Notes under the pieces: model-generated | The model's input: only the letters and a program-made list of their open reading frames with translations | Told to the model about the DNA's origin: nothing | Databases searched by the model: none | IMG/VR virus record: IMGVR_UViG_3300007351_000002 | Length of the DNA stretch: 64,000 nucleotides | Source of the DNA: a virus | Reading direction: 5' to 3' (one strand) | Made by a program: the position numbers and the translations under genes | Part shown: one piece after another, positions 52,408-62,548 of the stretch | How the letters are laid out: the number at the start of each line of letters is the position of its first letter | How positions within the stretch are numbered: the stretch's first letter is position 1

Positions 52408-55400
52408 ATGGCACAACCATTTGTTCTTGATGTTAACTTACAAATACAGGAAATACTTGGTTTAAATAATGTTAAACAACAACTATCTTCAGTTGCCGGT
52501 TCTTCTGCACAGGTTAATGTTGGAGCACAGGGTGTTAACCAAACAAATGCTGCATTAGGTTCTACAGCAAAAGCTGCCGCAACCGCCGCAGTAGCATTAA
52601 ATAATGTCAGTTCTGCACAAATAAAATCAGTAGCCACAACTACTGCTAGCAATGCTGCTATTCGTAGTGGTGCTAGTTTATTCGACAACTACGCAAATAG
52701 AGTGGCATTAGCAGGTGCCAGATATTCTGCATTCGTTATAGCAACCGCTATTCCATTTGCTGGTCTTGCTGTTATAGGACAGGCTACACAATCTATCATA
52801 GAATTAGATGCGGCTATGATAAAATTGAGTCAAGTTTTAAGACAGCCGCAAGAAGATATAGATGCTCTTAGAAAAGAAATAATAAGATTGTCTGTAGATA
52901 CAGGAACATCTATAAAACAAATATCTGAATCGGCACTAACCTTAGCTCAAGCCGGTTTTCTTAGTGGACCACAAGATTTTGCTAAATTCTTAGAGCCATT
53001 ATCAAAAGTTCCATTACTGCCAACATTCAAAGATATAAATCAGGCTACAGAAGGTATAATAGCTTCATTAAGTCAATTTGGTAAAGCCGGATTAGAACCA
53101 ATAGATGTTCTTGATAAATTAACTAGAGTAGCAGATAGATTCGCCGTTGAATCTGCCGACTTAATTGAAGGTTTGAGACGTGCTGGTGGTACATTTTCTG
53201 CATTGGGTGGAGATCTTGATGAATTTTTGGCTATTTTTACTACAATAAGGGCTACTACCAGAGAAAGTGCTGAAGCTATTGCGACATCATTAAAGACTAT
53301 TAGTACAAGACTAGCACAACCAGCAACACTAACATTTTTAGAAAGTATAGGTGTGTCTGTTAGGGATCAAAAGGGTGAACTTCTTGGTCTTATAGATATA
53401 TTTAAAAATGTAGGAGAAGTATTTAATCAATCAAGTAAAGAACAACAGGCTGCAATAGGTACACAGTTAGGCGGCTTAAGAAATATAGGTAGAGTATTCG
53501 CAGGATTACAAAATCCAGATTTAACACAAAATGTTTTAGCGGTTTCTAGGGCGTCTGCTGGTGCCGTATCGGAGAGTGCTGCTAAAGGTCTAGAAAAAAT
53601 AAGTACACAGATAGATTTATTAGTTGCTAGATTTAATGAATTAGCACAGTCTTTAGCAGAACCAATTTTCGTACCATTTATAGAAGGTGCTTTAACATTA
53701 GGTAATGCATTAGTAACTGTATTAGATGCTATAAAACCAGTATTACCATTATTTGTTCAATTAATTAGTATTGCTGCTGGACTTAAAGTATTTGGAGTTG
53801 CTGCGTCTGCTGTTAAGGGATTGGCTACATCCTTATCTTCTATAAGTCTTGGTGGTCTTCCACAACTTGGCGGATTTTTTGGTAATGGCGCAAGATCTGT
53901 TGCTGGACCTGGACAAAATGTTATTCCAGTAGGAGGTGCTGGCGCAAGAACTGTTTCTGGTGCAGGAGCTATAATTGGTTCACAAATTGGTCAATTAGGA
54001 GCGTTGTTAGGATTAAATTTAATAGCTGGTAAATTATCTGATAGTTTTGAAAAAACAGACAACAGTATAGTAAAATTAGGATCTGGTGCTTTACAAACAG
54101 CAACAACACTTTTGGGTCTTGCATCAATTTTAACTGGTCAATCTATTACCGGATTATTTAAAGGTCTTGGTGCTTTAGGCGGAAAACTACTTGGTATCAG
54201 CGCATTAGGAATAGGTGCTGTTAATGCTATAACAAGTCAAACGTCTGTAAATATAGACGAATTAGTTTCTAAAGCAGAAAAAGAAATAAATTCATTAAAT
54301 GTAGATATACAATCTGGAGATAAATTCGGTTTAGAGAATGCTATTTCTAAAATAACCGGTCCACTAGCATCTACATTTTCTTCTATTGCTGATGAATTTG
54401 ATCCAAATACATTTAAGGGTGTCGCTAAAACATTTTCAGAAAGACTAAAATCAATTTTTACCGGAGATATATCCAAAGGTTTAGGATTAGATTTATCAAA
54501 TGAAATAAAAGGTAATGTTACTATAACAAATTCTGATGCAGATAAAATAATAAAACAAATAATAGGAGATAATCCAAAATTATTGTCCGATATAGTAAAA
54601 GAATCTATAACAGAATTTGGAACAAATTTTCAGTCCGGATTAGAAGGTAAAATAGAAAAAACTTTAGAGCCATTTAGTAATATAATAGATGTAAAGGCTT
54701 TATCTGTTAAAATAAGAGAAAGAATTATACAATCTATTGGTGGATTTAAGGTAATACCGGATCTGAGACTGCAAGCCGAAAGAGATGCTGCCGAAAAATT
54801 AATTGTAGATTCAACAAAAAGAATAGCCGAAAATTTAAGAAGTATAATATTGCCACAAGCATTGGGGTCAGAATTAACAAGATTATCAAATGTTATTAGT
54901 AAAACAGTAGAATCAATAGATTCATCAATATCTTCTTTTGATAGTTTAACTTCAACAATAGGAAAAATAGAAACACCACAAATATCTACTACGGTTACTC
55001 CAGAAGCTGTTAGGAGATCTATAGAATCTGGTAATTTGGATTTGGGTACAGGATTTGATACATTAGATACGGCAACACAAAAAATTCTTGTAACCCAAAG
55101 GGCTATATCGGATTTCACAAATTCTTTAATAATTTCTTTAGGCGATATAGAAAAACAAGTTGGTATAGGTGGAATTTCTGCTTCTGATATAATAAATAAT
55201 TTTGTTAATGAATTCTTATCTAAATCAGAAGGTTTACCGCCAGAGGCACAGGATGCCATAAGATCGTCTGCTGGTTTAATATCATCGGAAATAGAACAAT
55301 CCTTAATAAACAGTCAAATTGGTATAGATCCAGATAAATTAAAGAATATTATAAAAAATGCACTTGGTGGATTTGGTGATGTTAGTAATCAAGTTGTAGA

Positions 55401-57168
55401 ACAGGTTCAGGGTTTAATAGAAGCACAATTAAGATTATCCAATGCACAAAACAAAGCAAGAGATTTAGAAGCACAAATAATAACATCTGAATCTGTTAGA
55501 CCGGCAACTATATTGCAATCATTAAGTGATACGTTAGAGGGGTTGGGAATAACTGGACTAAGGGTGTCTGATAATATAGATGAAGCACAAGATGCTATAA
55601 GCAGAATAGATCAGGGCTTAGTTATTTCTAAATTACTTTTTCAAGAATTAGCTCCGGCAATTGAAGAAAGAAATAAATTAGAAGCAGAATTAAGACAAGC
55701 CACTAAAGAAAATGCATCTAATATTGGCCAATTAACAGATCAATTTACAGAAGCGTCTATTAAAGTAAGAGAAATTAAAAAGGCATTTGCAGAAGTTGGA
55801 AAAATATCTGATATAGCTGCTTCAAAAATAGGAGGGGATGATGTAGATACACTTCAGGCCAAACAGGTTAAAGATCAATTAGATACAATAAAAGAAATAT
55901 CTGGTGTTGCAGCAAAGCTAACAGAATTAGATGCAGCGACAGAATCAAGTAGGATATTTGAATCAGCTAATGTAAAATTTAGTAAAAGTGTCGATAAATT
56001 TGAAGCCACTATAATAAAGGGTTTCAGCAACTTACAACAAAATGAATCAAATATTAGGTTTTTACCACAAACTAATACAACAGAATCCAATTTATTGAAA
56101 AATGAAGTTCAAGATATTTTCCAAAGTCAATTAGAAAATCAAAGAAATTTTTCTCAAAATATAGTCGATGCAGGAACTGCAATAGGATTATTTTCAAAAT
56201 TTGTATCTGATTCTATTTTGGGAACACAATTTTTAGATGATGCAGCCAATGTATCTAGAGCACCATTTGATCAGGGCCAATTTACCGAAGCTATAAAAAA
56301 TACAATAGCTCAAATAGCAGTAAATAATGTTAATAATCCAAATATAGCAACAAATCCGTTGGCTTTTCTTGGAACTTCAGTAGAAGATATTCAAAAAAAT
56401 CTTAAATTAACATTAGATCAAGAGACACAATCGAAATTAATTATTAATTTGTCTCCAGAAGCAAAACAATTTTTATCACCAATTAATAATACTCCACAAA
56501 TTCCGTTGAATCCGGTGGAACAATTGGGACAACCATTAGATATTACAAATTTACAGTCATCTGCTATAAACTTAGATTCGGCCTCTGCTTCGTTGATTAC
56601 TTTTTCTGATTTATTTGGTTCTGTAATAACTAATTTGCAATCATTTATTGATCAGTCAAAAGTTTCGCCAGACAACATAGGTAATGCTGTGGTACAGGCC
56701 ACTCAAGATGTTCCGTCCAGTGATTTTATAAAAACTATAAGCGAAAAAATATCAGAATTAGTTGCTGCTGTTCAAACGCAAACAGAAAACCAAGAACAGA
56801 TAGTTTCAAAAGATAAGACGCAAGAAGTGAAAATAGATGGACTTAATGATGTGCAAGAAGCAACAAATAAGAATTCTGAAGTATTAGCAGATGCAAATAC
56901 CAATATTTCTAATCTTTCTAATCAATTATCTAAAACAGAAGATGCTTTGGCAAAAGGTGTTAATTTAACTTTGGATGCGGTTCAACAAGTTAATGTAAAT
57001 ATCACTGGTATTCCAGATGAAATAGATGGTATAGGCGATAGACTTCAGGTTGTTGCAAGAGATATAGCTAAAAGTGTTATATTTGATGTTTTGAGTGAAT
57101 TAGAAAGATCGGCAGGAAGTACGGACGCCGCTCTTGCATTCAGTAATGCTAAGAATGCTTTGGGGTAA
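52408..57168 (+). CDS. tail tape measure protein (1586 aa)
   Basis: The length, a TP901-type core pattern (..AMIKLSQVL..LSVDTGTSIKQISESALTLAQAGF..), Gly/Ala-rich hydrophobic segments and long coiled-coil regions. Confidence 0.85.
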   Translation: MAQPFVLDVNLQIQEILGLNNVKQQLSSVAGSSAQVNVGAQGVNQTNAALGSTAKAAATAAVALNNVSSAQIKSVATTTASNAAIRSGASLFDNYANRVALAGARYSAFVIATAIPFAGLAVIGQATQSIIELDAAMIKLSQVLRQPQEDIDALRKEIIRLSVDTGTSIKQISESALTLAQAGFLSGPQDFAKFLEPLSKVPLLPTFKDINQATEGIIASLSQFGKAGLEPIDVLDKLTRVADRFAVESADLIEGLRRAGGTFSALGGDLDEFLAIFTTIRATTRESAEAIATSLKTISTRLAQPATLTFLESIGVSVRDQKGELLGLIDIFKNVGEVFNQSSKEQQAAIGTQLGGLRNIGRVFAGLQNPDLTQNVLAVSRASAGAVSESAAKGLEKISTQIDLLVARFNELAQSLAEPIFVPFIEGALTLGNALVTVLDAIKPVLPLFVQLISIAAGLKVFGVAASAVKGLATSLSSISLGGLPQLGGFFGNGARSVAGPGQNVIPVGGAGARTVSGAGAIIGSQIGQLGALLGLNLIAGKLSDSFEKTDNSIVKLGSGALQTATTLLGLASILTGQSITGLFKGLGALGGKLLGISALGIGAVNAITSQTSVNIDELVSKAEKEINSLNVDIQSGDKFGLENAISKITGPLASTFSSIADEFDPNTFKGVAKTFSERLKSIFTGDISKGLGLDLSNEIKGNVTITNSDADKIIKQIIGDNPKLLSDIVKESITEFGTNFQSGLEGKIEKTLEPFSNIIDVKALSVKIRERIIQSIGGFKVIPDLRLQAERDAAEKLIVDSTKRIAENLRSIILPQALGSELTRLSNVISKTVESIDSSISSFDSLTSTIGKIETPQISTTVTPEAVRRSIESGNLDLGTGFDTLDTATQKILVTQRAISDFTNSLIISLGDIEKQVGIGGISASDIINNFVNEFLSKSEGLPPEAQDAIRSSAGLISSEIEQSLINSQIGIDPDKLKNIIKNALGGFGDVSNQVVEQVQGLIEAQLRLSNAQNKARDLEAQIITSESVRPATILQSLSDTLEGLGITGLRVSDNIDEAQDAISRIDQGLVISKLLFQELAPAIEERNKLEAELRQATKENASNIGQLTDQFTEASIKVREIKKAFAEVGKISDIAASKIGGDDVDTLQAKQVKDQLDTIKEISGVAAKLTELDAATESSRIFESANVKFSKSVDKFEATIIKGFSNLQQNESNIRFLPQTNTTESNLLKNEVQDIFQSQLENQRNFSQNIVDAGTAIGLFSKFVSDSILGTQFLDDAANVSRAPFDQGQFTEAIKNTIAQIAVNNVNNPNIATNPLAFLGTSVEDIQKNLKLTLDQETQSKLIINLSPEAKQFLSPINNTPQIPLNPVEQLGQPLDITNLQSSAINLDSASASLITFSDLFGSVITNLQSFIDQSKVSPDNIGNAVVQATQDVPSSDFIKTISEKISELVAAVQTQTENQEQIVSKDKTQEVKIDGLNDVQEATNKNSEVLADANTNISNLSNQLSKTEDALAKGVNLTLDAVQQVNVNITGIPDEIDGIGDRLQVVARDIAKSVIFDVLSELERSAGSTDAALAFSNAKNALG

Positions 57169-57176
57169 GGTGATAT

Positions 57177-57794
57177 ATGGCAGATACAAAAATAAGTAAT
57201 TTAACTTTAACGGCCTCTGGTATTGGATCGCAAGAATTTGCTATAAACGATGGTGGTACATCCAAAAAAATTACATTAGATCAGATATCCCAATTTACCA
57301 ATATAAGTGGTGTTCATATTTCACTTTCAAATGATGCTGTTGCAAATGGACTAACAACTCCTGTAAGAGTATCTGGCATGGATGTAACTGTTGGATCTGG
57401 CATATATGTTTTTGAATATTATATAAGAGCACAATTTGCAGAAGCGAGCAATAGTCCTAAATTTGCCGTAAATCATACAGGAACTACAACTAGTTTTATG
57501 TATAATTTATTTTTTCCGGATGCTGGTGTAACTGCATCTACTGGTGCTATAGATCAAGAAGCAAATACTACTACTGGTCAAATATGGGCATTTCAAGCAA
57601 CAAGAACAGTCAATACATTACTTGGACCAGAAGTAAGTGTAGATAGTATTAATGCAGATATAATGTTTAGAATAACGGGATTGGCTGTTGTTACAGTAGC
57701 TGGCACGCTAGAATTGTATCAGGCGTCTGAAGTTGCCGGAAATCTAATAACGATAAAACAAGGAACGTGTTTAATTCTTACTAAGGTGGGATAA
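57177..57794 (+). CDS. distal tail / receptor-binding candidate, tandem paralog 1 (205 aa)
   Basis: About 45% identical by eye to the next gene. Beta-rich sequence directly after the tape measure. Confidence 0.55.
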   Translation: MADTKISNLTLTASGIGSQEFAINDGGTSKKITLDQISQFTNISGVHISLSNDAVANGLTTPVRVSGMDVTVGSGIYVFEYYIRAQFAEASNSPKFAVNHTGTTTSFMYNLFFPDAGVTASTGAIDQEANTTTGQIWAFQATRTVNTLLGPEVSVDSINADIMFRITGLAVVTVAGTLELYQASEVAGNLITIKQGTCLILTKVG

Positions 57795-57795
57795 T

Positions 57796-58416
57796 ATGGC
57801 TGGTCCAACAATTAGTTCTTTGGATTTAGTACCTTCTGGTATTTCTTTAGATGAATTTGCTATAGAATCATCCGGAATATCGGAAAAGATAACTCTTTCA
57901 CAAATATCAATATTTACAAATACTAGTGGTATATTAGTTTCATTATCAAACGATGAATCACCAACTTCAAGTACGTCTATGGTAAGAGTATCCGGAATGG
58001 ATGTAATAATTCCATCCGGAATGTATACATTTGAATATTATGTCCGTGCTCAGTTTGCCAATACAACACAAAGTATAAAACTTGCCGTAAATCATACTGG
58101 TACTACAACTATGTTCATTTATAATATGTTTCATCCGGGAAGTTTAAATACTCAGGCTAATTCATCGTCAGACCAAGAAAGAAGTGGGGCTGCCGGTGCC
58201 ATATATTGTGTTAATACCACAAGAACAAAAAATACCACTTTAGGTCCACAAGCTAGTGTTGATACTATAAATTCTGATTTATTATATAGAATAAGTGGAA
58301 CAGCAATCATAACGGATTTAGGAACTTTGCAATTATTTGTTGGCGCAGAAAGTGCTGCAAATGGTAATATTACAATAAAATCTGGTACATGCCTAATTGT
58401 TAAAAAGGTTGGTTAA
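57796..58416 (+). CDS. distal tail / receptor-binding candidate, tandem paralog 2 (206 aa)
   Basis: Paralog of 57177-57794, with a shared block VRVSGMDV..G.Y.FEYY.RAQFA......AVNHTGTTT. Confidence 0.55.
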   Translation: MAGPTISSLDLVPSGISLDEFAIESSGISEKITLSQISIFTNTSGILVSLSNDESPTSSTSMVRVSGMDVIIPSGMYTFEYYVRAQFANTTQSIKLAVNHTGTTTMFIYNMFHPGSLNTQANSSSDQERSGAAGAIYCVNTTRTKNTTLGPQASVDTINSDLLYRISGTAIITDLGTLQLFVGAESAANGNITIKSGTCLIVKKVG

Positions 58417-60803
58417 TGATAGGCAAATATTTATTAGGTAATAGTTCAGTAGACGGATATCTGTTAGAAGATGGTAGTAATAGACTATTTCTAGAATTTA
58501 ATACTTTTAGTGGATCTATAAATTTAGCAATTAGTGGCGCTTCATTTCCGTCTATAACTGGAAATTTAGATTTATTTATTCGTGGTAGAGAGATTTTAAC
58601 AGATAATGTAAATCTATTTACAAATGGTTATGATATCGTAGTAAATGACACAGATTTATTTATTTCTGGAAAAGAATTAATATCCGATGATATAACACTA
58701 TTTATAACAACTATAAACGTTTTTGCTAATAACTCAAATCTATTTATAAATGGTAATGATACGATAGTAAATAGCATAGATCTTTTTATATTTAATTTAC
58801 AGACTATAAATGACAATAAAGATTTATTTATTAATGGTTTCAGTCCAATATCAAATTCGATAGATCTTTTTGTGTCTGGCCCACTTAATATATCTTCAGA
58901 TATAGATTTATTTACTAGCGCACCGATGCCAATTTCTAGTAATGTAAAAGTTGATATTACGCAAGTTCAATCTGCTTCATCCGGAATGCAAGATATAACA
59001 ATACCAGATTTTGGTGATGTTAAAGCTGCCATATTAATTATTGGAAATGCAACGGTTAATGGCGTTGATATTAGTGGAATAAATTATGGTATAGGTATAA
59101 CTGACGGCCTATCTTCTAGATCAATTGGTTTTTCATCTGAAGAAAATGTTGCTAATACAAATACGCATTCTATAGGAGGAAATCATTTAATATATTTACC
59201 GGATAGAAGTACGAGTACGGTTATAGCATCTGCAACATTTGATTCTTTAATAACAGATGGTATTAGAATAAATTGGGATATGGCACCGCCAGAAAATTAT
59301 CTTATTACAGCAATATTTTTTGGGGGCGAATCTTTTCAGGCAATTCTTGGTACATTTACATCATCGGGAACTGTAGGACAATCTGTTGATGTAAACACTG
59401 GATTTGAACCAGATCAATTGGTAACATTATCTAATGGATTTAGTTTTGCATTAGACGATACCGTTCAAGATTTGGGAACGTTTTGTATAGGATTTGCAGA
59501 TAATGGCAATACATTATCGCAGGGGTTGGTTACTTATAGGAATTCTGATAATGCATCTATAGGAAGTCCATCCCTTGTAATATATAGTGGATTAATCGCA
59601 AGTAGAATAACATTAAGCAGCATAGTTAATTCTGTGTCTGTATCTGGATTTACTCCTTCTGGATTTGTAGCAAATACTGTTATAAGTAATGGTTCAACAT
59701 CAGTAAGTTATTTAGCATTTAAATATGCTGATAATAGAAAACATTATGTAGGCATAATAGATTCTCCTACGATATCTGGAATTAATTCTTTTAATAATCC
59801 TTTGTTTAAACCATTATTTGTGATGCAGTTATTAACACAAGTTTCTGGTATAAATATATTGGAAGATTTTGATGAAGCTGGTGCCTATGGTTTATCTGTT
59901 TTTACTAATAATAAAGAATACTGTCATAGTATATCTGAAAGATCATCGACGATAACCGATAATAGAATATTATTCGATAATCAGGCGATAAATTTTCCTA
60001 ATCATAGTGGTTTGCCATCATTCGAAGCTGTTTTTGATAGTATGACATCGGATGGATGGATTTTGAATTTTACATCCGTCGAACCAACTGGTAAGAAATG
60101 GCTTGTATTTGGAATAGAAGATTCTTCTGGATCTACAAGCGGATCTATTGATCTATTTATATCTGGACAAGGCGATTTTGATTATTGGAATTTATTTTTA
60201 AATGGTGAAGATAATGATTTAGCCACAAGTAGAATATTATTTATATACGGTTCTCCTAGTGGTATAAATCTATCATATACTGGTAATGACTTAGATTTAT
60301 TCATTAAAAGTTCTATATTAGATAGTGATTATCCACCATTTGATAATAATTATTATTCATTATTTTTGAAAACCGAACAAGGAAATATTTCCAATAATGG
60401 ATACTGGACATTATTTTTAAATTCTAATACTATAAAAAATAATGATATAGATTTATATATAACCACTATTGATCCGTCTATTAATGATTCTATAAATTTA
60501 TTTATAGAAAGAATTCCTGATTTTCCAGGACAAATTGATGCAGTTCCTATAAATGATTATTGGACTTTATTCTTAAGAGTTCCGGATGGTTCTACCAATA
60601 ATATAGATCTTTTTATAAATGGTAATTTTGCTTCTATAATTAGTGATTGCAATTTGTTTGTAGAAGGAATTTTCGTAATTAATGATAGTTTGAATCTAAT
60701 ATTATATGGAATTATAGATATAATAAATAACAGTATAAATTTATTTACTGATGGCATAGGTTTCAGTGAAGTTGATTTTAATTTATTTATTAGAGGGTTT
60801 TAA
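58416..60803 (+). CDS. fibre protein: 9 DLFIxG repeats, domain C', then further DLFIxG-type repeats (795 aa)
   Basis: Repeats at about 58562-58925 and 60144-60800. The middle domain (about 58930-60140) is paralogous to the N-domain of the 1580-aa protein (shared GFEPDQ, ITIP..G..KAA blocks). Confidence 0.7.
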   Translation: MIGKYLLGNSSVDGYLLEDGSNRLFLEFNTFSGSINLAISGASFPSITGNLDLFIRGREILTDNVNLFTNGYDIVVNDTDLFISGKELISDDITLFITTINVFANNSNLFINGNDTIVNSIDLFIFNLQTINDNKDLFINGFSPISNSIDLFVSGPLNISSDIDLFTSAPMPISSNVKVDITQVQSASSGMQDITIPDFGDVKAAILIIGNATVNGVDISGINYGIGITDGLSSRSIGFSSEENVANTNTHSIGGNHLIYLPDRSTSTVIASATFDSLITDGIRINWDMAPPENYLITAIFFGGESFQAILGTFTSSGTVGQSVDVNTGFEPDQLVTLSNGFSFALDDTVQDLGTFCIGFADNGNTLSQGLVTYRNSDNASIGSPSLVIYSGLIASRITLSSIVNSVSVSGFTPSGFVANTVISNGSTSVSYLAFKYADNRKHYVGIIDSPTISGINSFNNPLFKPLFVMQLLTQVSGINILEDFDEAGAYGLSVFTNNKEYCHSISERSSTITDNRILFDNQAINFPNHSGLPSFEAVFDSMTSDGWILNFTSVEPTGKKWLVFGIEDSSGSTSGSIDLFISGQGDFDYWNLFLNGEDNDLATSRILFIYGSPSGINLSYTGNDLDLFIKSSILDSDYPPFDNNYYSLFLKTEQGNISNNGYWTLFLNSNTIKNNDIDLYITTIDPSINDSINLFIERIPDFPGQIDAVPINDYWTLFLRVPDGSTNNIDLFINGNFASIISDCNLFVEGIFVINDSLNLILYGIIDIINNSINLFTDGIGFSEVDFNLFIRGF

Positions 60804-60815
60804 TAAGAGGTACGT

Positions 60816-62540
60816 ATGGCTAGAGTAATATATGATTCAAAAGCTATAATTCCAGCACCTCTTGTCTCCATTAACAAGAATTATACTAATACCGGAGATG
60901 GAACAAAAGTTGGTGTTGTTTATAATTTAACATTAACCGGTACCCTTCTACCTTTTAGGGGTTCTCCTAGTGGAACATTCGTATCACCAGAAGATGCTTT
61001 TTGGATACTATCTGGTGAACCGCCAGATGAAACTTTTGGCGATAATGATACTGCATTTTCGCATCTTATTAAAAAAGAAGAGGCTATTCGCAATCTTTTT
61101 AGCACGAACGGAAAATTGCTAGAAATATATGCCGGTGGTTCTCCTGCCATTATAAGATGTAACCCAAGAATTGTTTCTGTAAATTTTACAGAAGGTCAAT
61201 GGGTAGACAGAAAAGAATATACAATAACATTAGAGGCAGATTGGATTTTTATAGCCGGATTATCGCAAGACGTAGAAGATGATCTTGAGGTTGAACTTAT
61301 AAGGTCTGGACAAGAACAATGGAGTTTCGAAGAAAAATTGGGTCAAAGCGGTGTCGTATATGATGTTTCTCATACCGTGTCTGCACAAGGTATATTAGGA
61401 TATGATGAAACTGGAATTCCATTTTCGGGCGTAGGAGAAACTTCTGGCGGCGAATCTTGGAAACATGCAAAAAGATGGTGCGACAATAGAGTGGTTGGTG
61501 CTGTTAATCCAGACGTTATGTTTTCCGTTATAGGTGTAAGCGGATTAATAGGTGGTTCTTATGTTAAAAATACTAATTTAACAAATTATAATGGTGATTA
61601 TTCTATAACAGAAAGATGGATATTATCACCAAGTAATTATTTTATAGAAAAATCATTTTCTATAAATAAGAATACTGCCGGTACAATAGATGTAAGTTAT
61701 CAGGGTAAAATAACCGGACTATCAGATGGAGAAAGTACCGGTGGAATATTAGCCATTACTAATGCCAAGAATGCTGTTCCAACAAACTCTCAGGCAAAAC
61801 TAGAAACAGAAACTATATTGGGTTCTTTATTAGAAGATTTCATATTAGGATCAACTCCATCTCAAAAGAATGTATCAATAAATAATACCGATGCAACAAT
61901 TAATTTCTCTTTTAACTGGACAACCGACGAGTTCGGCCAAGAATTGTTCACAAGAACTTGTGAAGCAAATCTATCCCTTGATACATCAAACGGTCTATAC
62001 AATCTTTCTTTGTCATGCGATATAAGGGGTAACGGTGAAACTAGTGCTGAAAAATTAACAAATGCTAGATCGGCAATATTGAGTGAATCTGATGCTAGAT
62101 TGAAAGCTATAGAATTGGTTGGAAGCGGACTTCCATCTGGGATTCAAATATCAGATGAATTTTCATCTAAATCTATATCTGTTAATGAAATTCAAGGAAG
62201 CGTTAGATTTAGTTATTCATGGAAGAATATAACTGATGGTTTTGATAAATTTGAAATATCAATAGATATACAATATCCACATCAAATAATTGCAATAATA
62301 CCTATTCCGGGAAGAATTGGTGGTCCAATTATTCAGGATATGGAAACTACAACCCAACAAATAGTGACAGCCACATTGACAAGTGTAAACAATGATATTA
62401 AGCCGGATAATACTACGGTTGTATCAATAATAGAAAATGCCATAGGCTTTCTGTCTACTTGGATATTACAGGATGATAAAGAAAATTATTCTCCAACAAA
62501 TAAAAAATATACTAGAACTAGATCGTATATTATTGATTAG
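60816..62540 (+). CDS. hypothetical tail/baseplate-region protein (574 aa)
   Basis: ORF with an AGAGG SD in the distal tail operon. Confidence 0.55.
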   Translation: MARVIYDSKAIIPAPLVSINKNYTNTGDGTKVGVVYNLTLTGTLLPFRGSPSGTFVSPEDAFWILSGEPPDETFGDNDTAFSHLIKKEEAIRNLFSTNGKLLEIYAGGSPAIIRCNPRIVSVNFTEGQWVDRKEYTITLEADWIFIAGLSQDVEDDLEVELIRSGQEQWSFEEKLGQSGVVYDVSHTVSAQGILGYDETGIPFSGVGETSGGESWKHAKRWCDNRVVGAVNPDVMFSVIGVSGLIGGSYVKNTNLTNYNGDYSITERWILSPSNYFIEKSFSINKNTAGTIDVSYQGKITGLSDGESTGGILAITNAKNAVPTNSQAKLETETILGSLLEDFILGSTPSQKNVSINNTDATINFSFNWTTDEFGQELFTRTCEANLSLDTSNGLYNLSLSCDIRGNGETSAEKLTNARSAILSESDARLKAIELVGSGLPSGIQISDEFSSKSISVNEIQGSVRFSYSWKNITDGFDKFEISIDIQYPHQIIAIIPIPGRIGGPIIQDMETTTQQIVTATLTSVNNDIKPDNTTVVSIIENAIGFLSTWILQDDKENYSPTNKKYTRTRSYIID

Positions 62541-62548
62541 GAGATGGT

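Noticed and set aside
52293-55259. Minus-strand ORFs inside the tape measure gene (52293-52688, 54237-54476, 54630-55259, and also 55875-56090).
   Set aside because: They lie fully antisense within a long uninterrupted + strand ORF that has a clear tape-measure signature. They have low-complexity translations and no SD sites. They are typical shadow ORFs.
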